This document shows, in pieces, positions 58,706 to 64,000 of a DNA stretch of 64,000 bases. Made by a program: the position numbers and the translations under genes. The notes beneath the pieces are model-generated. The model was not told the origin of the DNA and did not search any database. It saw only the letters and a list, made by a program, of their open reading frames with translations. How positions within the stretch are numbered: the first letter of the stretch is position 1; each line of letters opens with the position of its first letter. Source of the DNA: Dimorphilus gyrociliatus (lineage: Eukaryota > Animalia > Annelida); contig CAJFCJ010000006.1 of the NCBI GenBank assembly GCA_904063045.1, positions 3,488,408-3,552,407 of the forward strand, given 5' to 3'.

Positions 58706-59489
58706 AAAAACATTTACATCACAACTAAAGTCGAAAGTCTCTACTAAGCTTTTTGATAAATCAAACGAAAACAAAGTAGAAGTATTGTTTCACTTCTCTA
58801 AATAGGTGTAAGGTTAACCACGAAAATAGATTTAAGAACATATGCGTTTTTTCATTAAATACAATATGGTATTTCTATTAAGTTAACGTTGGATACTTGA
58901 TCGATTTCTAGTAAATATTCTTTATGCCATTCAAGAAAAATATCTACACTTCTACATATAAATGTCTATATATATATATATATATATTCGTTTTGACACG
59001 ATATGAAATTATCTAATCTAAATTGATTATCAGATATATTAAAATTTACAGATTTATTTAACAATGTCGAATCAAAGTTATAGATTCTTTAAGATTCTAT
59101 GAAACAATATAGAATAGGCGTAGGAAAACTGTCCAGACAAATGCACTTAATAAAAATTGAAATTTATCTTTTTCTAGTTCAGATCAATTTTCAAATATTG
59201 ATAGATATTTTGAACAGAATAATCTTTTTAGCACAAATATCTTGGGTTTAATATCAGTTCTCTATTTATCATCTTCAATTTGAGAAGGTTTTAAGTGTAA
59301 ATATCTCGAGTTTAACAAGATTCCATAATATATTTTGATAACTATAATTCTTAAAAATATTCAAACTGCTTCTGCTTATGTAAAACCAAAAAAAATGAAC
59401 GATATGTACTAATTATTTAACCCTAATTGCTCGGAAGATAATGTCGAGTAAACAACACGTGACTCGAGAATGTAGGCCGTGTATAGCAA

Positions 59490-59548
59490 GTGACGTCACC
59501 TTTGGCCAACCATCAAATAGGCAATAGGCGAATCACGTGATATAAATA
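59490..59548 (+). promoter_or_regulatory. Ferritin B promoter: CRE, E-box and TATA
   Basis: TGACGTCA near 59492, ATCACGTGAT near 59532, TATAAATA at 59541. Confidence 0.6.
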
Positions 59549-59575
59549 GAGATCGTCTACGCAGAACCGCCATTC

Positions 59576-59609
59576 TTTGCTTTGCTACGTGAGAGAACGT
59601 ACAAGCAAA
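59576..59609 (+). promoter_or_regulatory. Iron-responsive element (ferritin type) in the 5' UTR, loop GAGAGA
   Basis: TTTGCTT-T-G-C(bulge)-TACGT-[GAGAGA]-ACGTA-C-AAGCAAA. Confidence 0.8.
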
Positions 59610-59672
59610 TTTCAGACTCTTCAGACTCGTTTTTTAAGCGTCAAATTCTTCAACAACCCTCTGAAAAACACC

Positions 59673-60557
59673 ATGTCTTCGATACGTCAAAATTTCAATT
59701 CTGAATGTGAAGCTGCTATCAACAAGCAGATAAACATGGAGCTCTATGCTTCCTACGTTTATCAAGCTATGGTAAGATTTTTTGAAAAACATTTATCCGA
59801 AAAAGAAGGGAATGTATTTTGCATAGTAGCGAGTAGAATGTTAGGCGAAACAAGTGTTATTAATTCAGGTTACAGCAAAGTGACTAGAATGACCTTGTCG
59901 CCATTTTGATATGTTTATGAATCAAATAACAAATAAGTTTAGACGCAGCATGCAAAAACCCTTTCTTAAGCTGTTTTACCCTAAAATCATTTCTGAGTCT
60001 GTAAAAAAATGGCAAAGTATAAGCGTTTTAGTGCGAACGTTCTTTTTTTAGAACATCCGCCATGTTGACTCAAATATGAAGGGTGAAATATTTTGCAAAT
60101 CATCATGACTAAAAAAATTTTAATGAATGTTTTTCTGTAACAGGCTTTCTTTTTTGACCGCGATGATGTGGCTCTTAAAGGATTCCACAACTTCTTTAAG
60201 AAGTCATCGGAAGAGGAAAGAGAACATGCTGAAAAGCTTATGAAGTACCAAAATATGAGAGGTGGTCGCATTATCCTTCAAGATATCAAAAGACCTGACA
60301 AAGAAGAGTGGGGAACTGGCTGTGAAGCCATGCAAACTGCTCTTGTTTTGGAAAAGAAGGTGAATGAAAGTTTGTTGGAAATTCACAGATTATCTGACAA
60401 ACACGGAGACCCACAATTGTGCGACTTCTTGGAAGGTGAATACCTTAAGGAGCAAGTTGACGCTATTAAGCAACTCTCTGACTATGTCACACAATTGAAA
60501 CGTGTTGGACCTGGTTTGGGAGAATTCACTTTCGACAAGGAGGTTCTCCAAGAATAA
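59673..60557 (+). CDS. Cytosolic ferritin paralog B, H-type with an intact ferroxidase centre
   Basis: Exons 59673-59771 and 60144-60557. E27 (MELYASY), E61/E62/H65 (SEEEREHAE), E107 and Q141 are all present. Confidence 0.97.
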
Positions 60558-60884
60558 GAACCAGAAGTCGGCAGTTTCCTCCCTATTATTCGCAATATGC
60601 ATTGATTAACTATGTATTTCAATAGTAATTTGGCTTTGTTCTTTATTAATCTAAACTTCTATACAGTAAATTTTCATTAAACTGATGGAAACTGTAAGAG
60701 CATAAATAAACAAGAATTGTACGCATTCAAAAACTTTTGTTCTTTTTTTTTAAAAATTATATCAAAAGATAACAGAAATCGGTTACCGTGTTACTTTAAA
60801 GCTTTTCAAAAATAACAGCCTATAAGACAATTAAATAAAGAGGTGCCATCTACTGTAATGTGATACGAATGATAATAGATTGAA

Positions 60885-61671
60885 ATGACATTCAATGCCA
60901 ATGGAACAAGAGATATTTCTCTAGTATTTGAAAATAAATTCGAAACAGTATAATATTCAAATGTCAATTAGTTTATTTTTATTATGAAAGCAAATTATTC
61001 ATTAACTAAGAAAAAGAATTCAAAATTTGATTTAACAAGACCCTTAGTTGATATTCAGAAAGTGTCGGATGTAATCGATAAACCGGATACACGCGGGGAC
61101 AATTCAGCTAGTCTAACATGGGTGCCCGGAATGTATATTGAGATATACTTTTCAAGCGCATCAACTATACTAGTTAACCCTCATAGTCATAAAATCGGAA
61201 TCATCACATATATTATACATCATTATAATTATGATGATAATCTTGATAAAGATCTTATTGATCTTGTTGGAATTGACGGAGAACTGGTAGATTTACGAAA
61301 GCTCGATGGTAGAGAATATATATGGCCTTTTGTTCAGAATAGGTAAAGTTACAAATTAATTTCAATTATATCAAACAACTTCAATATTCAATAGACGTCA
61401 TAATTTGCCTACTAAAAATACTAAAGATTAATATCTTTTGTTGACTTTTAATGAATTTTTCTTCTTGTCTTTGACATATCTTCTTGTTAGGAAAGTATAC
61501 GTTCCCGTTTTAGTAAAGGATGGAATAATTCGTCTATTACTTGATCCAGATGATGAAATGAGTATAAAATTATCAGGGATATTTCGTACTCGTCAACTGC
61601 AATTAGAACATCAGAAAATTCTGTCTCCAAGAGCTAAAGACAAAAAATTAAAGGTAAAAAAGAAGACCTAA
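60885..61671 (+). CDS. Uncharacterised ~190-aa protein (3 exons)
   Basis: Exons 60885-60947, 61011-61342 and 61491-61671 join in frame through GT-AG introns. Family not recognised. Confidence 0.6.
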
Positions 61672-61854
61672 ATACAAAATGTCAAACCATATTGTTATAT
61701 TGTTAATCGTTAATCTACAAATTAGAATAAAATGCTCGCATCAACAATTGAGTTTTTATACTGAATGTATTAATTGTAATATTTTATTTGAGGACTGTAA
61801 TGTAGGAACTGCAAAAAATTTTTTTAAGGCTAAGTTTTAGCGGAAGATAAGATA

Positions 61855-61874
61855 ATGATGATGATGATGATGAT
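61855..61874. repeat. (GAT)n microsatellite
   Basis: Direct reading. Confidence 0.85.
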
Positions 61875-63118
61875 CAGTAAGAGTGAGAAAATGAACTGGA
61901 AAGAATATAAATCTATTAATTCTAGTCACTCAATGCCGTGAGGCTATCAATATAAGTGATTAAGGTGAAAACACACTGTTTTTTCTTGCAGTTTGTATTC
62001 CTCACCTAGTCTAATTATTTACTTCAGTGGCACTTGAAAGACCTCTACCGGAAGTTAACTCAATAATCAACTCATTATTCAACTTTTTGTCCATTTTTTA
62101 TTGCTAAAGTTGAAAAAAAAACTTGAAGAAATTTACTTATCCATAATTATATCATCATAAGTAATAAGAAAAAAAGAAACGTGAGCTGTAATTAGCGTCT
62201 TATCATCTTCTTTAAACCTATTAGTAGCCAATGTTTTATTATATTCCTTATTCATCTTCTCCCCACATATATAGACTTGGATTGTTCTCTTTATAATGGA
62301 AATTTTCAATTCTAACTATATTCTTATCTATTCGTTTAATCGTCGTACTGCTTCTTCCAATAACTTTTTTGTCTTCATCTCTTTCATGTATCATGTTCAG
62401 TTTTCTCTTTCTCTTGACCGCTTATTAATCAGATAGGAAAAGAATAGAGAAAAACGAACTAAAAAGGCGTATCGAGAATCTTTGTCTTTCTAAAGACTAA
62501 AGAACAAGGAATATAGGAAAAGCGTAGAAAAGAGTTAGTTTAAAAATCTTTCATATCTTGAATAATTTCATTACATTATCATCAAAAGGAAAAGGGAAAA
62601 ATGAAACTAAAAATACATCCAATATATGAAGCATAGTTTGCCAATAAGGATTCTATATAGAATATTTTTCAACGATGACTACTTTGTACAACATATATAA
62701 ATTATTTTAAATTGAAATTAGATGCAGCAATAATCCTACAATCATTTTTAGCGCTTATTAGACTAGTTTAGTATGACCTTGTTATAGTCTTAGCTTACTA
62801 TACCTCTTTTGTTCCTTTGGTTGTAAACACTTCCTCTTTTTTATCAATAGAGTTTTTTGTCTTTCTATGGTCGAATTTTATAAAAAAAAAAATTAAAATT
62901 CTATCTTTTTTTAGTTTATTATCTCTTTCCATATCGATAATGTGTAATTGGTTATCAAAAAGTTGAAGGTAATATGTCTCGTCCTACTTTGGACCATCTA
63001 GTCTCTTATTAATAGTATTATAAATATTCTGTAAATCAATATATATTTTATTATTTATAAAAGATACATACAGCAGCAAGAGTCAATACAAACAGAAAAA
63101 AAATACCTTTTTCGGCTA

Positions 63119-64000
63119 TTAACATGAGCTAAAGTCCCACAACTTGACAGTTTTATCATAGGAGCCAGACACAATCATTTTATCATTAAATTGAATGCAG
63201 GTAACGCCGTCTGAATGCTTTTTAAGGGTTACCAATCTCTTACCATTTGTCGAACTCCATATTTTTATTGTTTTATCATCTGAGGCACTTACCATTCTCC
63301 ATCTATCTGTTTGTATACATCTTACAACCCCAGTATGGCCTTCCGACGCCATCCAATCGATCGTTTTAGCGCAAGTATCGTTTTCCCAAAATTTTATTGT
63401 ACAATCAACACTGCCACTTATGATCCTTTTATAATCCAATTGTACGCACGTAACAGCATCGGCGTGACCAATTAGAGTACCTATACAACGACCGTCTCTC
63501 CAGATTTTAATAGTTTTATCGCACGATCCACTAACGATAGTCTCTTCGTTCTGCTGAACGCATAGGACCGCTGCGTCATGACCAGCTAGCGTCTGAACGC
63601 ACTCCCTTGTGGTCATATCCCAAACTTTTAAAGTTTTATCATAAGAGCCACTTACCAATCTCGAATCGTGAACGCTAACACATCTTACAGCGTCTGTATG
63701 ACCCTGGAGAGTAGCCCTACAAGCAATGCTACTCCAAGTTAAGCTATCAGATAGATCCCAGATTTTTATTGTGCAATCTGTAGAACCACTAACCAATTGA
63801 TTGGCACATAAATAAAGGCACCTTACGGTTCCGGAGTGTCCAACAAGCGTTTGGACAGCTAAGTGACTGTTTGTTCTCATATTCCAAACTTTAATAGTTT
63901 TGTCACTAGATCCACTAACTATTCGTGTTTCGTCAAACTGAACACACGAAACACCCTGCGTGTGGCCTTCAAATGTTCTGACATGACATCTTCCAGTCAA
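63119..64000 (-). CDS. F-box/WD40 protein (FBXW7/Met30-SconB-like), C-terminal propeller; the 5' part lies beyond the window
   Basis: Seven GH..V.C....IVSGS.D.TIK.W repeats, and the frame is open at the window edge. The F-box is not visible, so that part is inferred. Confidence 0.8.
   Translation of the reverse strand: MTGRCHVRTFEGHTQGVSCVQFDETRIVSGSSDKTIKVWNMRTNSHLAVQTLVGHSGTVRCLYLCANQLVSGSTDCTIKIWDLSDSLTWSSIACRATLQGHTDAVRCVSVHDSRLVSGSYDKTLKVWDMTTRECVQTLAGHDAAVLCVQQNEETIVSGSCDKTIKIWRDGRCIGTLIGHADAVTCVQLDYKRIISGSVDCTIKFWENDTCAKTIDWMASEGHTGVVRCIQTDRWRMVSASDDKTIKIWSSTNGKRLVTLKKHSDGVTCIQFNDKMIVSGSYDKTVKLWDFSSC

Overview
AT-rich, gene-dense eukaryotic (metazoan) DNA with many 50-70 nt GT-AG introns. 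The gene content and compaction suggest a miniaturised invertebrate genome, probably lophotrochozoan/annelid and Dimorphilus-like; this is inference, not verified. I reconstructed about 23 protein-coding genes by hand: DUF2961/GH172-like protein (5' truncated), two paralogous C2H2 zinc-finger genes sharing an unnamed N-terminal domain, CD164/porimin-like mucin, NGLY1, MFSD6L-like, an ankyrin protein, EXOG, TBL3, an orphan Ig-domain receptor, an AidB/ACAD11-like dehydrogenase, GAMT, CASC1/DNAI7, C8orf33-like, type II coronin, an Rv2258c-like methyltransferase, PXK (with a nested antisense ORF), ATRIP, a divergent ionotropic receptor, two tandem ferritins, an unknown 3-exon gene and the WD40 end of an F-box/WD protein. 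No rRNA, tRNA, CRISPR array or intact transposon was seen. The strongest signals are four. (1) The ferritin pair: one copy has lost its ferroxidase ligands (E27K, E62K, H65T) and gained a tail at the position of its paralog's stop codon, and both copies carry structurally intact IRE hairpins with non-canonical loops (CAGGGA, GAGAGA). (2) At least 11 TATA-CAG/CTG-TATA motifs that match Tc1/mariner excision footprints. (3) An unnamed domain plus C2H2 transcription-factor family. (4) A transmembrane ORF nested antisense in a PXK intron. Exon coordinates were read manually and may be off by a few bases.
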